Below, piece by piece: positions 24,101 to 36,846 of a DNA stretch of 64,000 bases; position 1 is the stretch's first letter; each line of letters begins with the position of its first letter. This DNA comes from Antechinus flavipes. Lineage: Eukaryota. The notes under the pieces were generated by a model that did no database searches, was not told the origin of the DNA, and saw only the letters and a list, made by a program, of their open reading frames with translations. The translations under genes and the position numbers were made by a program. The stretch covers positions 223,510,001 through 223,574,000 of the forward strand of contig NC_067402.1 in assembly GCF_016432865.1 (NCBI RefSeq), read 5' to 3'.

Positions 24101-24500
24101 CCCCTGATTCTCCAAGGTGTCTGAAACTGGATGTATTCAGATCTTCTTGACTCCCGCCTCAGCACTGTACTAGCCAGCCAGCTACCTCCAGTCAAGGGGA
24201 TTTTCCTCTCCACGAAGAGACACTCAAAGTCTTATAGGTCCTAAGTGGCAGACTCAGGATTTGAATCTGGGTCCTCTGGCTAGAAATCAGGAAAGCAACC
24301 ATTCAACTCTACTTCTTGCATTTAGAAAAGATCCAGCATCCCCACAAGAATTTCACTCAGTGTCCTCAAACGCCTTTGGGATTTGGGGAAACGAGGGATG
24401 CGTATTTATGGATCTCTTCTTTGTTACTTTTCCTTTATTTATTTATTTATTTTGCAAGGTAATTAGGGTGAAGTGATTTGCCCAGGGTCACAGTAATATA
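21190..24500. mobile_element. Cluster of MIR/MIR3/Mar-type SINE fragments in MAP3K12 intron 1
   Basis: Repeated core motifs in both orientations (attttacatgtgaggaaactaagg, cagttgaagaaactgaggc, ctctgtaagcctcaatgtccttatttgtaaa, gtgatttgcccagggtcacag). Confidence 0.7.
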
Positions 24501-27289
24501 TAGGGGAAGTTAGATAGCACAGTAGATATAACTGTGCCACTTACAACTGAGGGATGTTATACTAGTCTCTGCTTCTCTCTGGGGCTTTTATATAGCCTCA
24601 AATATAAAATTGAAATTTGACCCCATAATTACCAAGGTCCCTTTCAGAGTGACAAGGCAAGAGGGCACATCGAGGCCCATGGAAAAAGAAAATACAGAGT
24701 CCAAAATCCGAACTAGATGTCCTGGGCTTTTCACCTAAAATCTCAAGGCAAGCAATTGGGTTGGATTGGAGTTGGGTTCCAATGATCATAATTAGCCCCC
24801 AAAGGAACCCTAAAAGTCATCTTATCCAAGCTTATCAAGAAGTAGCAAAGAAATGATGAGAGATGGATTCAGTAGCCTAGAAAGGAAGTGACAGAATTAG
24901 AATTCAAAGTTAGCTCTTTAAATTCTACATCAGGCTTCCAGAACCAAGCCTGGAGAGAGAGGCAAAGAATATTCTTAGGATCCAGACTGATAGGGATTCC
25001 AGATATAAATTTATATGCAGAAATAAGAAAAGAGCTCTTCATCTTTCTGCTTATTTCATTCCTAATCTGCCCATCCAACAGGGATTGAGGGATTTTAGAT
25101 TAAGGGATGGAATGAAAATATCTGATGTTCTATTGATAGTGTGATTGACATGGGTTGTTTTTTGTTTTTTTTTTTTTTTCAAATTATTGCTTTTGAAGAC
25201 TGCTCCATTAGCCCTGGAAAGGGGGAAAATAAATAACCCATGTGTCTCTAATGACTTAAATCTGATGAGTACCTTGTGGCGTAGGCAGTGCAAGCATTAT
25301 TATCCACACTGTGCTTTGAGGAAAAATAAGGCTAAAGTGATCTTCCAGGGTCACACAGCTAACTGGTGGAGAGGGTCGATTTGAACTCAAATCATCTAAT
25401 TCAGTTCACTGGGGAGGTAAAGCCAGCAAAGCAGAGATGCTCCCTCACAGAATGTCTCTCTGCCTTTAATATTAAACTGGGAATTCCTGGGGAACAGGGG
25501 CTAATTTTACCTTATTTTGAATTTCAAAGTTTAGCATAGTGACTGGCACATGGTAGGTGCTTAATTTCTGGTGGACTAAGTTCAACATTTAGGTCCAGTA
25601 AATCTTTAGCAGAGGCAAGATGACATAAGTGGAAAGAGATCCAGGCTCCAAACCCTGTTCGAATCTTTTACCCCCCTCTATGTGCTGGGCAACACCCTAA
25701 GCTGGAAGTTTCAGAGAGGGTGCCTGACTGCATTGATGGAGGGAATATCCTCATCTAGGAGTTCTCTATACCAGTGAAATCACAAGTGTCCAGTCCCTGT
25801 CCCCGGATTTTCATTACCTCCTGTGTGCAATATTTCCTGTGCTAACCCATCCCTAAGGACTATGCACACAGATAGGTATTACACAAAGTGGGCAGAGAAG
25901 ACAAAAGGGAGATCCAGGCAAACATCTCTGGAAACAAAGCGGGAGGGATGAAGGGGTATCAGTAATATCTGAGTAAGGCTAGAGCCAGGGGATTATCAGG
26001 GCTGGATTCTCTGAAGACCTGGTGCCTCAGTTGACTTTGGAAAGAAAGAAATGAGTGCATTTCCCACTGTGGAGGGGGTGAGACCCCAATTTGCATATGT
26101 CTGGGTGCTTTTCACCTAAAAGAGGAATGCTTTAAGTAGCTTGGAGACTGCTCAGAAACCTCGTGAATGGTACAAAATTCAGCAAACAGTCAATGAATGT
26201 TGACAACAAAATACCCAACAGTGACCTCCTCAAGCTGTTCTGCGGGACCCTTACTCTCTAAATAATTGATGAGCTAGGAAGTAGCCCCTCCCTTTCCTGG
26301 AGTGACAATGTCTTGTGCTGGGGAGTTTCCTCCATCCCCTCCCCATTGGCGCTTATTCCAAAGTCTCCCTGTGGGCAATAAGGCACTTGGACTCAGCTGG
26401 CAGAGCAGAACAGGCGAAAGGAGGAGCTTTTAGTGGGAATGAGGAGGTGGGGTGGGGAAAGGATGGAAAAGGGTTTCCTAAGTCTGGTTCGACCCTATTT
26501 CCTTCGATCCCTTACCTGGACACCCTGTGTGTTTAGTCTGGGACAAGACTGAAAAGCCTAATTACAGTTGCAAACTCCCAGGGGCAGGATCCGAACCTGA
26601 TTTCCATCAGGAGTCCCCAGCCCACCCTATTCCCTTCCAAGGCCACAGTTAAGTCCCTCGCTCTACCCCCCCCCCCCTTTAAGCTGCTACACAAACAAGC
26701 AGGTGGAATAGCTTCCCTCCTTTCCTCCCTCCCCAGCCACAGAGCCCTGGATACAGAGAGAGGCCCTGGGGAGAGGGCCTGAGCATTAGGGAGGTTTGGT
26801 TTTCTGAGTGTCTCGCCATATCTGAATGCACCTCGCTGTGCGACGGGGAGGAAATGAGAGGGACCAGCCGCCTTTGGCTGGGCCGTGACGATGCCAGGTG
26901 GACATGAGGATTGAAAAAATCTGGCAAACTCAGACACTGGGTTAATTTTTTTAAATGGGGGTGGTCCCTGGCTCCCCACCTTTCATTATTGCTGTCAGGC
27001 TCGCCCTGCTCCCTAAACCCAAAAAGCGAGAATGCATTTCTCTAATAAAGTTTCCTCTTCACCCTTTAATGCAAGTATGCAGTGTTAGGATGATCATCAT
27101 CCCACCCAAGAGAGATTTGCACACGGTCATCCAGTTGGTAGGAATCTGAGGTGGGATTCCAACCAGGTCTCTCCTGGCTCCAGGCTTCCCGGCCCAACCC
27201 AGATCCTGTCGTAGAAGACACAGGGCACAGAGGGGATAGGGAGCGGGGGAATTGGGAAGGGGCAGACTAGGATCTGGAAAGAGACGGAT

Positions 27290-28330
27290 CCACAAACGCG
27301 AGAGAGGACCGAAAACGCGAGAGAGGTTTAGGGCCAGTGCTCTCCGCTCCCAACTAGGCTGGAAAGGGGCGGGTGCAGAAGCTAGACTCCGCCCTCAACT
27401 AGGGTGGCCGTTCACGTGACCCTTGGTCTAATCTTGTCCCGGTGACTTCACGCGCCGCCTCTGGCCCCGTCGCCATAGTTACCCAGCAGCACCCCAGGCG
27501 TTTTGCGTTTTCCCCAATCTGTTTCCCTCCCCCCGCCCCATCAGGCACAACCAACCTTAGCTTCTCCCCTCCCCCACGTGCCCTGGGTAACCACGTGACT
27601 GGTGAGACCCGCTACCCCTGGGACCCCGACAGTACCTTCGGAGGAGAGCTTGCAGGAACCCCAGGGACGGGACTGGTTCACGTCACCTTTTCTCATGCCT
27701 CAGTTATTCCTTACTAATAACCTTTTCTCTTGACTCCTCTCCAAGCGTCCCCAAGTGCCCTGGAAGGTTCCTCTAGTCTGGCTTCCAGGAACCCCCGGAA
27801 GGGAACTGGAGTTAAGAGGCGGGTGGAGATGGGATTGCCGAAGGCCCTAGCCCCCATTCTTACAAGCTATATGTTCACATAGCTTTGCACATGTCTTCAT
27901 AGATGGTTCTCAAGCCAACAAGCATTAAGTGCCAACTATGACCAGGCTTTTTGCTAAATGGTGCGGATACGGAGTCAAAAAACAATCTTTGCCCTTAGGC
28001 TAATGAGGGGAGACAAAGGATTGGGATGAGGGGTGTGGGTCAGGAAGTGAGATCTGAGATGAAATTCATTCCCGACCGTCGCGACAGCTGGTGTAAACGC
28101 GCAGAGTCCAGAGACTTGTAGGAGCGAGGCGGCCGCATTAGGTTCTGCATCTGTATCCCAGGAGTCAGGAGGACCGCTTTCAAATCCTGCGCGCATTACT
28201 TCCCGACTCTGCGACCCGAGCGAGTCTCAGTCCTAAAGCTCCCGGCACCTCCCTCACAGCCTCCACTTCTCGCCGGAGCTTTCTCAACTTGTTCCACCCG
28301 CAGCCTTTTTACACGACCTCAGTTATACAG
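27290..28330 (+). promoter_or_regulatory. Intronic CpG island, candidate alternative MAP3K12 promoter
   Basis: CpG-rich; CACGTG at 27413-27418, 27575-27580, 27592-27597; RFX-like GTCGCCATAGTTAC 27469-27482; CTG|gtgaga donor at 27602. Confidence 0.6.
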
Positions 28331-29039
28331 GCATATGAAATAGGTATCCAGGTCATTTATTGATAATGTATTGTAAGTTTACTGCCCCCACATTCAATTA
28401 CACTTTTCCATGTAATAAGTTTTTAATCTAAAGGACCCTCGAATTGCACTGAGTCAGTAAACCCAAGTGCAGATAAAAATAGCCAACAAATGTTTGTGTG
28501 ACTTGGGGCAGATCACTATTAATAAAGTTACGATTTTAATAATATGATATTTAGTAATTCAGGGGCTGAGATGAAAGGAGAGGAAGGGATTGGATCCTAG
28601 GAAAAGAGCTAGTGAGGAAGGGATTCCGGAAGCTAAGCCCTAGAGTGTTTTTGTAGATAAGACCCATTCAAGGCAGTAAGTCTGTGCCCAAGGACACGGT
28701 CATAGTATTAAAAGTGGGATCCTGAGATCTTCTGGAAGGAACTCTCCCAGAAGACTAAGGAGGGGAAATGGGTCCAGGAGTTTTATAAAGGATTGGAGAC
28801 CAAGAGAATGGGCATAAAATGAGGATGTAGACAATGGGGGAATCTCCCACCTCCATCACCACAAGTGTACACACATGTCCTGAGCTTTGAGGAGTGCAGG
28901 AAGAACGAAACATACCCCTCTCTTCTTTACCTTTCCCCTCCCTTATACTGAGCCTCCAGTCTAAAGAGTGATACAGAGAACATCCCAAGGCACAACTCAT
29001 CCTGCCTATGATATATATGCATATGTATGGATTGTGTAT

Positions 29040-29145
29040 TTTCAGTCCTGTCCTATGACGTATTGTATAGTCAGTTCTGTCCCAACTCTGTGGACGGGTT
29101 TTCTTGGCAAAAGTACTGGGATAGTTTGCCATTTCCTTCAACAGC
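29040..29145 (-). mobile_element. Mar1/RTE-like SINE tail fragment
   Basis: gggttttcttggcaaaagtactgggatagtttgccatttcctt is the reverse complement of the tail seen at about 16070-16110. Confidence 0.7.
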
Positions 29146-30352
29146 TAAGTCTACTGCTCCACCTTAGCTGACATATATGTATTGTATGTACATGTATATA
29201 TCAATCACATCTATACAATTTGCAAAGCACTTTACATTTTATCTTATTTAATCCTCACAACCACCTAGTAGTTACTATTAGTCCCATTTTTCTGATTCTG
29301 TGATCCCATAAACTTGAGTGCTGAAGTCCATATGACTAGCTCTTACATTTATGCTTCCCCCTCCCCCTCCCCCCCCCCCCCCCCCTATAATCCTAAGAGG
29401 TCTGAAATCTGTATTACTGCCATCCCCATTTTATAGATGAGAAAACTAAGATGGTGGGGGTGAGTACTGTGTCTAAGTTGTAGAATTTGAATGGAAATGG
29501 AGGCAAAGAAACTGATTCTAGGGTTGTGTTCTTCCCTCTTTCAGTGCTTGGTGACTGTCTTTTAAAGCAACATATCTACTGAGTCACAGACGATAGCAAT
29601 CTCTGTACCAAATCTCTTATTAACTTTACCAAAGAAGCATCCCAGATACAAGTGTTCCAACTATCGACACTGTATTTAAGCAGCTACTCTGTGCCATGTT
29701 CTAGGAATACAGAAATGGCACAATCCCTGCTTTCAAGGACCTTAGACTCAGACAGTTGGGGGGAAAGGGTGTCCAAATGAGAGGCAGCCTACACAAAACT
29801 TTCACCACCACAGAAGCTCCTCTAAGTTTCAAGTCTATGTATTTAAGTTGTCTGGCAGGTATGCACTTAAAAAGAAGCATGATTATTAGTTCCCTAAAGG
29901 AGGAGGAAGTATAGTTATTAGTCATATTTACATGAAAAATAGAGTACAGAGGTGGCAACTGAATGGTCCAAGAGCAAGGCATGATGTTACCTATATCTTT
30001 TGAAGGAAATTTGGACTGGAGTTACCTGAGACTGGTGTAGCGACTATTTTAACCCATCATCCCCTAGTGAGATTAGAAGCACAAGGCATGTTATCTGGAT
30101 AGCTATAGTGCCTTCAGGTACTCTTCCTCCTAAGTGTAGCCCAGTTCCTCAAAGCGACAGCTACAAGAAACTCTAATTTAGCCAATATCTACATTCAAAG
30201 TAGCTGACCATCGAAGTTTGGTGCTATTAGGTATTTCTACCTTTAGTTGTGAGTAAATAGTCCTCTAGATATGAGTTATCTTTCCTGCCAATTCTGATAG
30301 TTCTTATCCCCCACAGGGCAGCCTCTTCTCCTTCCCTTCCTCCACTCAAGCG

Positions 30353-30797
30353 ATGGCCTGCCTCCACGAGACTCGAACACCCTCACCCTCCTTTGGGGGT
30401 TTCATGGCAGCCCTAAGTGAGGCCTCCGTTCGAAAACTTGATCCAGATACTTCGGACTGCACTCCAGAGAAAGACCTGACCCCTACCCAGTGTGTGTTGA
30501 GAGATGTGGTGCCCCTAGGTGGGCAAGGGGGGAGTGGGCATAGTCCTTCCCCAGGTGGGGAAGCCCCCACAGAGGCCTTTGCCAACAGTGTCCTGCAATT
30601 GCATGAGCAGGAAGCTGGGGGCCCAGGAGGGGCTGCAGGGCCCACCGAAGGCCGGACACCCCGGTTCCGAGCTGATGAAGTCAGGCTGCAGTGCCAGAGT
30701 GGCAGTGGCTTCCTGGAGGGCCTCTTTGGCTGCCTTCGTCCAGTCTGGACCATGATTGGCAAAGCTTATTCCACAGAGCACAAGCAGCAACAGGAAG
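30353..30797 (+). CDS. MAP3K12: MAP3K12 (DLK) first coding exon
   Basis: cag| acceptor before 30317; [16 protein letters not shown]...[29 protein letters not shown]; 445 nt; G|gtaggt. Confidence 0.97.
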
Positions 30798-31288
30798 GTA
30801 GGTTGAATGCTTGGTTTCTCCTTCCTTGTTCTGAGATAATGATCTTTCCTCTTCCCTGTTCTCTGTTCAGCAGGGTTCTAGCCACCCAATTCCTTCCTGC
30901 AGTTGGCTTTTATTCCCTTTTAGCCTATGCAATATTCTGGGTTTCTGGTTCTTCCCTCTGAAGCCCTTTCTGGATAGAAAATGGTCTCAGAGAGCTGTAT
31001 CAGAGGCCCTGAGGCTTTGAGAAATTAAGGGGAAATGATACCCAAGTTTCACTCTTCTATAATCTCCTAAAGTTCCCCATCTGATAAAGACACTTGCTGA
31101 TTTATTACCCATCTGTGGTACCTCAAAATCTGTGCTCTACTTGGTAGGTACTAAAGAGTTAGACATATCTAATTGATTTTCCTCTCAAGCAGCTTAAAAC
31201 CTTCAAGTTTCAGGGTAATTTTCAAGTCTCCCTTACCCCCAATACCTCAGTCCCATGTTTTTTCTGATCCAATTTCCTTCTCCTATAG

Positions 31289-31472
31289 ACCTATGGGAGG
31301 TACCCTTTGAGGAGATCTTGGACCTGCAGTGGGTGGGCTCTGGAGCCCAAGGTGCTGTATTCTTGGGGCGTTTCCATGGGGAAGAGGTAGCTGTGAAGAA
31401 GGTTCGAGACCTGAAGGAGACTGACATCAAACACCTTCGTAAACTCAAACATCCCAACATCATCACCTTCAA
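31289..31472 (+). CDS. MAP3K12: MAP3K12 kinase exon
   Basis: (D)[26 protein letters not shown]...[28 protein letters not shown]; 184 nt. Confidence 0.97.
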
Positions 31473-31686
31473 GTAAGGAGAAAACCCTGACTTAAGTGGG
31501 GGACCCAATGGCATTACAGGTGGGAGTGGATCACCAGATAAGAAACATTTCAAGAGAAGAGGGGGAAATTGTTCCTAGGAGAACAGGTTTCCAATATGAT
31601 CTTTCTCAAACCAGGAAAAAGGAGCCTCCCTTTGTAGTCTTGAGGTAGGGCACTGACCCACTAGACTCTCCTGGATCCTTTTTCAG

Positions 31687-31878
31687 GGGTGTATGCACCC
31701 AGGCTCCCTGCTACTGTATCCTGATGGAGTTCTGCGCCCAGGGCCAATTATATGAGGTATTGCGGGCAGGACGTCCTGTCACCCCATCCCTGTTGGTTGA
31801 CTGGTCTATGGGAATTGCTGGAGGGATGAACTACCTGCATTTGCACAAGATCATCCACCGAGACCTCAAATCCCCAAA
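31687..31878 (+). CDS. MAP3K12: MAP3K12 kinase exon
   Basis: [28 protein letters not shown]...[12 protein letters not shown]; 192 nt. Confidence 0.97.
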
Positions 31879-32021
31879 GTAAGTAAAGGACTAAGAGATA
31901 ACCAATCCCTTTCCCAATTTCTGTAATTGCCTGACTTAGGCCCTACTACCTTAAGTAATGACGGCCCTCATCTCTGTCCCTCTGGACTCTTCCTGAAGTG
32001 ACTGACCCCTTTCCCTGCTAG

Positions 32022-32180
32022 CATGTTGATCACTTATGACGACGTGGTCAAGATCTCAGACTTCGGAACATCCAAGGAGCTCAGCGACAAAAGCACTAAG
32101 ATGTCATTTGCAGGGACAGTGGCTTGGATGGCCCCAGAGGTGATCCGGAACGAACCTGTATCTGAGAAGGTGGACATTTG
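32022..32180 (+). CDS. MAP3K12: MAP3K12 kinase exon (DFG, APE)
   Basis: [52 protein letters not shown]; 159 nt. Confidence 0.97.
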
Positions 32181-32575
32181 GTGAGGGCCAGGTGGGGGTG
32201 GGAGCCAGAAAATGAACAGCATGTCTAACCACAGGGGAATAAAAGAGAGGGGGAGCCTAGAAATGAGCAAGGAGAGGCAAGCTTGATGAGCTTCTGTCAC
32301 TACCTACTCCACCAGAGGTGGAACAAGGGGAAATGCACTAGTATTGCCCTGAACAGCTTGGGCTGAGAAACGTGGCTTTTCCTCAGATGGTGGGGCAGGG
32401 ACAGGATGGGGAAGAGGAGGAGAGAGCTCATGTTCAGTCACTTACCTGGAAGTGGGAAGGTGAAAGTAGTAAAACAACTTTTCCTGAGCAGGAAAGGGGA
32501 GAGAAAAAATGTTCTGTGGGACATGGACCTGGAGTCTGAAGGTTCCCTCCCTAAGGCTTCCTTTCCCTGGGCCAG

Positions 32576-32734
32576 GTCATTTGGAGTGGTGCTATGGGAG
32601 CTGCTGACTGGTGAAATCCCCTACAAAGATGTGGACTCATCCGCTATCATCTGGGGTGTGGGCAGTAATAGTCTTCATTTGCCTGTGCCATCCAGTTGCC
32701 CTGACGGTTTCAAGATCCTTCTCCGCCAGTGCTG
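32576..32734 (+). CDS. MAP3K12: MAP3K12 kinase exon
   Basis: [52 protein letters not shown]; 159 nt. Confidence 0.97.
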
Positions 32735-33895
32735 GTGAGACCAAGGTTCAGACCTCAGCAGTAAGATTGTAGGAACCCACAGGGTATGAAATCTTAAGGG
32801 TGAGGAGCTGGAAACAAGAAAAACTGGAGGAGATTGAGAAGGAGCAATAAAGGGTGAATGGATCTGGAACCTAAAGTGGAGGATATGGGCACAGACATTA
32901 CTCATCAAGAACTGGGGTGCTGGACCTAAAAGGCAATGCAGGATAGAAATCTCTATTCTCCTGGGCTTGGGAAAGTGAAACTGGAAATCAAATCTAGTTC
33001 TTGAGGAACTAGAGACGATAAAGAAAAAATGGAAAACATTCGAGACAGCAGAGGTAAGAGCCAGAATTAAGAGGAAATCAGAATGACATTTGCTTAGAGA
33101 CCACAATTATTCACAGGACTTAGAACTAGAAGGGCCCTTAGAAACTGCCTAGTCTCTTATATTGGAGAGATGTAAACTACATAAGGAGAAATTTCAAAGT
33201 TGTGGATCACTCAGACATCCAGCAAATATTAAACACACATACGGGGCTGTATAAACTATATTAACTGCAAACTGGCACTCCTTTTAATCATCCAGTCTTC
33301 TAGTGGAGACACATACACCACTAAGCCAAACTAGAATATAGAGAACAGAGGGGAATGTTTGGAAGGCAAGGAGGCGGCAGAGAAGGCTTTCCATGGTGCT
33401 TAAGCTAGACTGGCCAGAATGGAGATCTTCAAGAGGAAAGGAAGGCTGGGTGGTACAGTGGAGAGAGGAGGTGGAGTCAAGAGTTGCGAGTTCAAATTGG
33501 ACAACGCATCTCACCTCAGTTTCATCTGTAATATGAGTTAAATGGCAAACTTTCCTAGTATCACTGCAGAGAAAGCCCAACTTGGGGCCATGAAGTTGTT
33601 CGCAACTAAAAAAAACTAAACAAGTATGGGCAGGCCATGCTGGTAAAAGACCAACTTGATGACCATGGGATGAATCAGAGCCTTAGAGACGAGATGAAGG
33701 TGGTGATACTAGTTCAGGCCCAAAGTCAGTGGGAACTTGCTTACAATAAGGTAATAATCCTGAGGACAGATGCCAGAACCCAGATGGAATTTGGAGTGCA
33801 ATGGGGACCGATTTCTTACCTTGTCGAGGTCTTTGCAATGCCTGTCCTGCAAGGGTTTTCCTTTGTGTACCTTCCATGTTTCTTTTACCTTCCAG

Positions 33896-34004
33896 GAATA
33901 GCAAACCCAGGAACCGGCCTTCATTTAGACAGATCCTACTGCACCTGGACATTGCCTCAGCTGATGTGCTCTCCACACCTCAAGAAACTTACTTTAAATC
34001 CCAG
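33896..34004 (+). CDS. MAP3K12: MAP3K12 exon, end of kinase domain
   Basis: [36 protein letters not shown]; 109 nt. Confidence 0.96.
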
Positions 34005-34682
34005 GTGGGTTGGGATACACCAAATTACTCATCTGCTCTCCCTGTTTCCTTCCAAGAACTGACAGCCAAGTTCTGAGTCAAGACATTTCTGGGGCCATTA
34101 TGACTTGGGACAGAGAGCTGTATTTTTAAGTCCTTCCTAGCTCTTAACTCATACTTTAGTGACTTCAAAGAAAAATCATTGGGTGGTGGCTTCCTTTGAT
34201 TTACATTATGCAGCTGTTTTGTAACCACATCTGACTTGGAGTAATGAAATGAACTAAGGACTGGACTTGGCATCGGGGAGTCTCGACTCAGTATCCAGAT
34301 TACAAATTAACTGTGGCATGTTTCCCCATTTGTCAAATGGGGTGAATACTTGCAGTGTCTGCTTCATGAGGCATTGTATCATAGTATGCAGAGAACTGGA
34401 ATTAAGAGTATCATTGTTCCCACTTTTTCTCAAGACATATTGGTCATGTTCAGGACAAGTCAGGTCTTTTTATTACTCCAGAAGGGACTTGCTACAAGGA
34501 GCAAGTAATTATCTGCACTGGTACCTGTGCCATTACCTTGCATGACATCTTTCTGCAGTCCAAGGCTGTCCTGTCCCTGCAAACATCCTTCTGCCCAGTA
34601 AGTTCAAAGGACAGACTTCCTTTTGGGGGCTGTTCAAGGAAACTCACAGGGCTTCTCTCTCTCACCACCTTCTCCCCCTCAG

Positions 34683-34792
34683 GCAGAGTGGAGGGAAGAA
34701 GTGAAGCTGCATTTTGAAAAGATCAAATCTGAAGGCACCTGTCTACACCGGCTAGAGGAAGAGCTGGTGACTCGGAGGAGGGAAGAGCTCAG
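34683..34792 (+). CDS. MAP3K12: MAP3K12 exon, leucine zipper 1
   Basis: [36 protein letters not shown]; 110 nt. Confidence 0.96.
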
Positions 34793-34932
34793 GTATGGAG
34801 ACAAATCAGGAGTACCACCCACAGAAGGGGAAGGCCCGCTCAGTCCCAGCCCTTTAAGTATTGACCAAGAAATGTTGGGACAGGGTAGGAAACAGGAGCA
34901 GTTTTAAGATGATCCCTGTACACTCTGATTAG

Positions 34933-35049
34933 ACATGCCTTGGACATCCGGGAACACTATGAAAGGAAGCTGGAACGTGCCAACAATTTGTACATGGAAT
35001 TGAATGCACTGATGCTGCAGCTGGAACTCAAGGAGAGGGAGCTGCTGAG
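34933..35049 (+). CDS. MAP3K12: MAP3K12 exon, leucine zipper 2
   Basis: [38 protein letters not shown]; 117 nt. Confidence 0.96.
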
Positions 35050-35222
35050 GTAACCCACAAGAAGGCCCTTAGCCCACCCTACCTGTGCCCTCACCCCTCT
35101 ACCAAACCCGACTCTGGCATAAACTTCTTGGCTACCCTGTTGCCCCAACCCTTAGTCCCCTATGGGTCCCTGCTGAGCCCATGTTCTCATGTGCCTAGCT
35201 GAGTGGGTGCCTGGATTCTTAG

Positions 35223-35360
35223 GCGGGAGCAGGCCTTGGAACGGAGATGCCCAGGGTTCCTGAAACCACACCCTCCCCGAGGCCTCCTGCATGGCAACAC
35301 TGTGGAGAAGCTCATCAAGAAGAGGAATGTTCCCCAGAAGCTGTCACCTCACAGCAAGAG
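35223..35360 (+). CDS. MAP3K12: MAP3K12 exon
   Basis: [45 protein letters not shown]; 138 nt. Confidence 0.95.
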
Positions 35361-35553
35361 GTGGGGTCTGAAGAATGGAGGCGGGGGATGAGGGTTGGGA
35401 AAGCTTCCCTGGTCGAGGGCAGGGGCCAGGAAAATGAGAATCCTCAACACAGGATGTGGTTGACGATGCTGGAGGTAACCAAGTTGCTGACTATCTTAGA
35501 AATGGTTTTTAACCCTCTTCTCTCCTTTCCCTTCCCCATCTTCTCTCCCTCAG

Positions 35554-36175
35554 GCCAGATATCCTCAAAACAGAATCCTTGCTTCCTAAGTTAGATGCAG
35601 CCTTGAATAGTGTTGGCCTCCCTGGATGCCCTAAGGGGCCACCCTCTCCAGGACGGAGCCGTCGGGGGAAAACCCGTCACCGAAAGGCCAGCTCCAAGGG
35701 CAGCTGTGGTGACCTGCTTGGTTTTCGGGCCTCTGTACCTAATGCTGAACCTGGGGGGCCAGGAAACCCAGGGAATTTAGGAGGGGGACCCTCAGCTTGG
35801 GAGGTCTGCCCACCTGCCCTTCGGGGCCTCCATCATGACCTACTCCTCAGAAAGATGTCATCTTCTTCCCCTGATCTACTATCAGCTGCATTGGGAGCCA
35901 GAGGCCGAGGGGCAGGAGGGGGAGCCATGGAGCCCAGCTCTCCCCCTCCAGCCCAGGAAGACACCCCTCCCAGTGAGGGATCAGCTCCTGGTTCCACCAG
36001 TCCAGATTCACCTGGAGGAGCCAAAGGGGAGCCCCCCCCAGCTGGGGGACAAGGAGAAGGTTCAGGACTGCTGGCTTCTAGCAGAGAAGGGACTGCTGGA
36101 AGAGGAAACAGGGCTGGAAGCCAGCACCTGACCCCAGCTGCACTGTTGTACCGAGCTGCGGTCACTAGAAGCCAG
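35554..36175 (+). CDS. MAP3K12: MAP3K12 long Gly/Pro/Ser-rich exon
   Basis: [17 protein letters not shown]...[17 protein letters not shown]...[11 protein letters not shown]; 622 nt; CAG|gtgagg. Confidence 0.95.
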
Positions 36176-36385
36176 GTGAGGTTTGGGCAGAGGTCTGGAG
36201 CAACCACTTTCCATTACCCTTCACCCCACTTGTTCACATGCTTCCTGATCCAAGTCCCAGGGGGGACCAAGTTCCACGTCTTCCTTTCCCTTTTATTGCC
36301 CTTCCCCAACCAGGATACCCTCCCAAGTTTAGAGACTCCCATGTCAGTCCAAATCTTCAACTGAGTACTTTCTCCTCCCCCAAAG

Positions 36386-36456
36386 AAACGTGGAGTATCC
36401 TCAGAGGAAGAAGAAGGAGAAGTAGATAGTGAAGTGGAATTGCCCACAAGACAGAG
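36386..36456 (+). CDS. MAP3K12: MAP3K12 exon
   Basis: [23 protein letters not shown]; 71 nt; AG|gtgagt. Confidence 0.94.
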
Positions 36457-36560
36457 GTGAGTGTGAAGTATAAGAGAGCAAGGACAATCTGGTTAATGAG
36501 TGAACTACACAATTACACTTTCAATCCAACCCCAACCCACCCTCGTCTTTTGGCTCGTAG

Positions 36561-36846
36561 GTGGCCACAAGGCATGAACAAACGGCAGTCACTATCCACC
36601 TTCAGCTCAGAAAACTTGTCTGATGCAGAGGAAGGTACAGCTAGTGAGCCATCGCCCAGTGGCACACCCGAGGTGGGCAGTACCAACACGGATGAACGGC
36701 CTGATGAACGGTCAGATGACATGTGCTCTCAGGGCTCTGAGATCCCACTGGACCCACCTGCTCCAGATGGAGCCCTGGGGCATGAACTGGGCTCCCAGCC
36801 CAATCCACAGGAGGTGCAAAACCAACCCCTACTCACAAGGGAACAG
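36561..36846 (+). CDS. MAP3K12: MAP3K12 penultimate exon
   Basis: [18 protein letters not shown]...[14 protein letters not shown]...LLTREQ; CAG|gtggga donor (alternative in-frame donor at 36813). Confidence 0.85.

Noticed and set aside
24830-25090. Possible LINE ORF1 fragment (RLIGIPD)
   Set aside because: Similarity too short to support without a profile search
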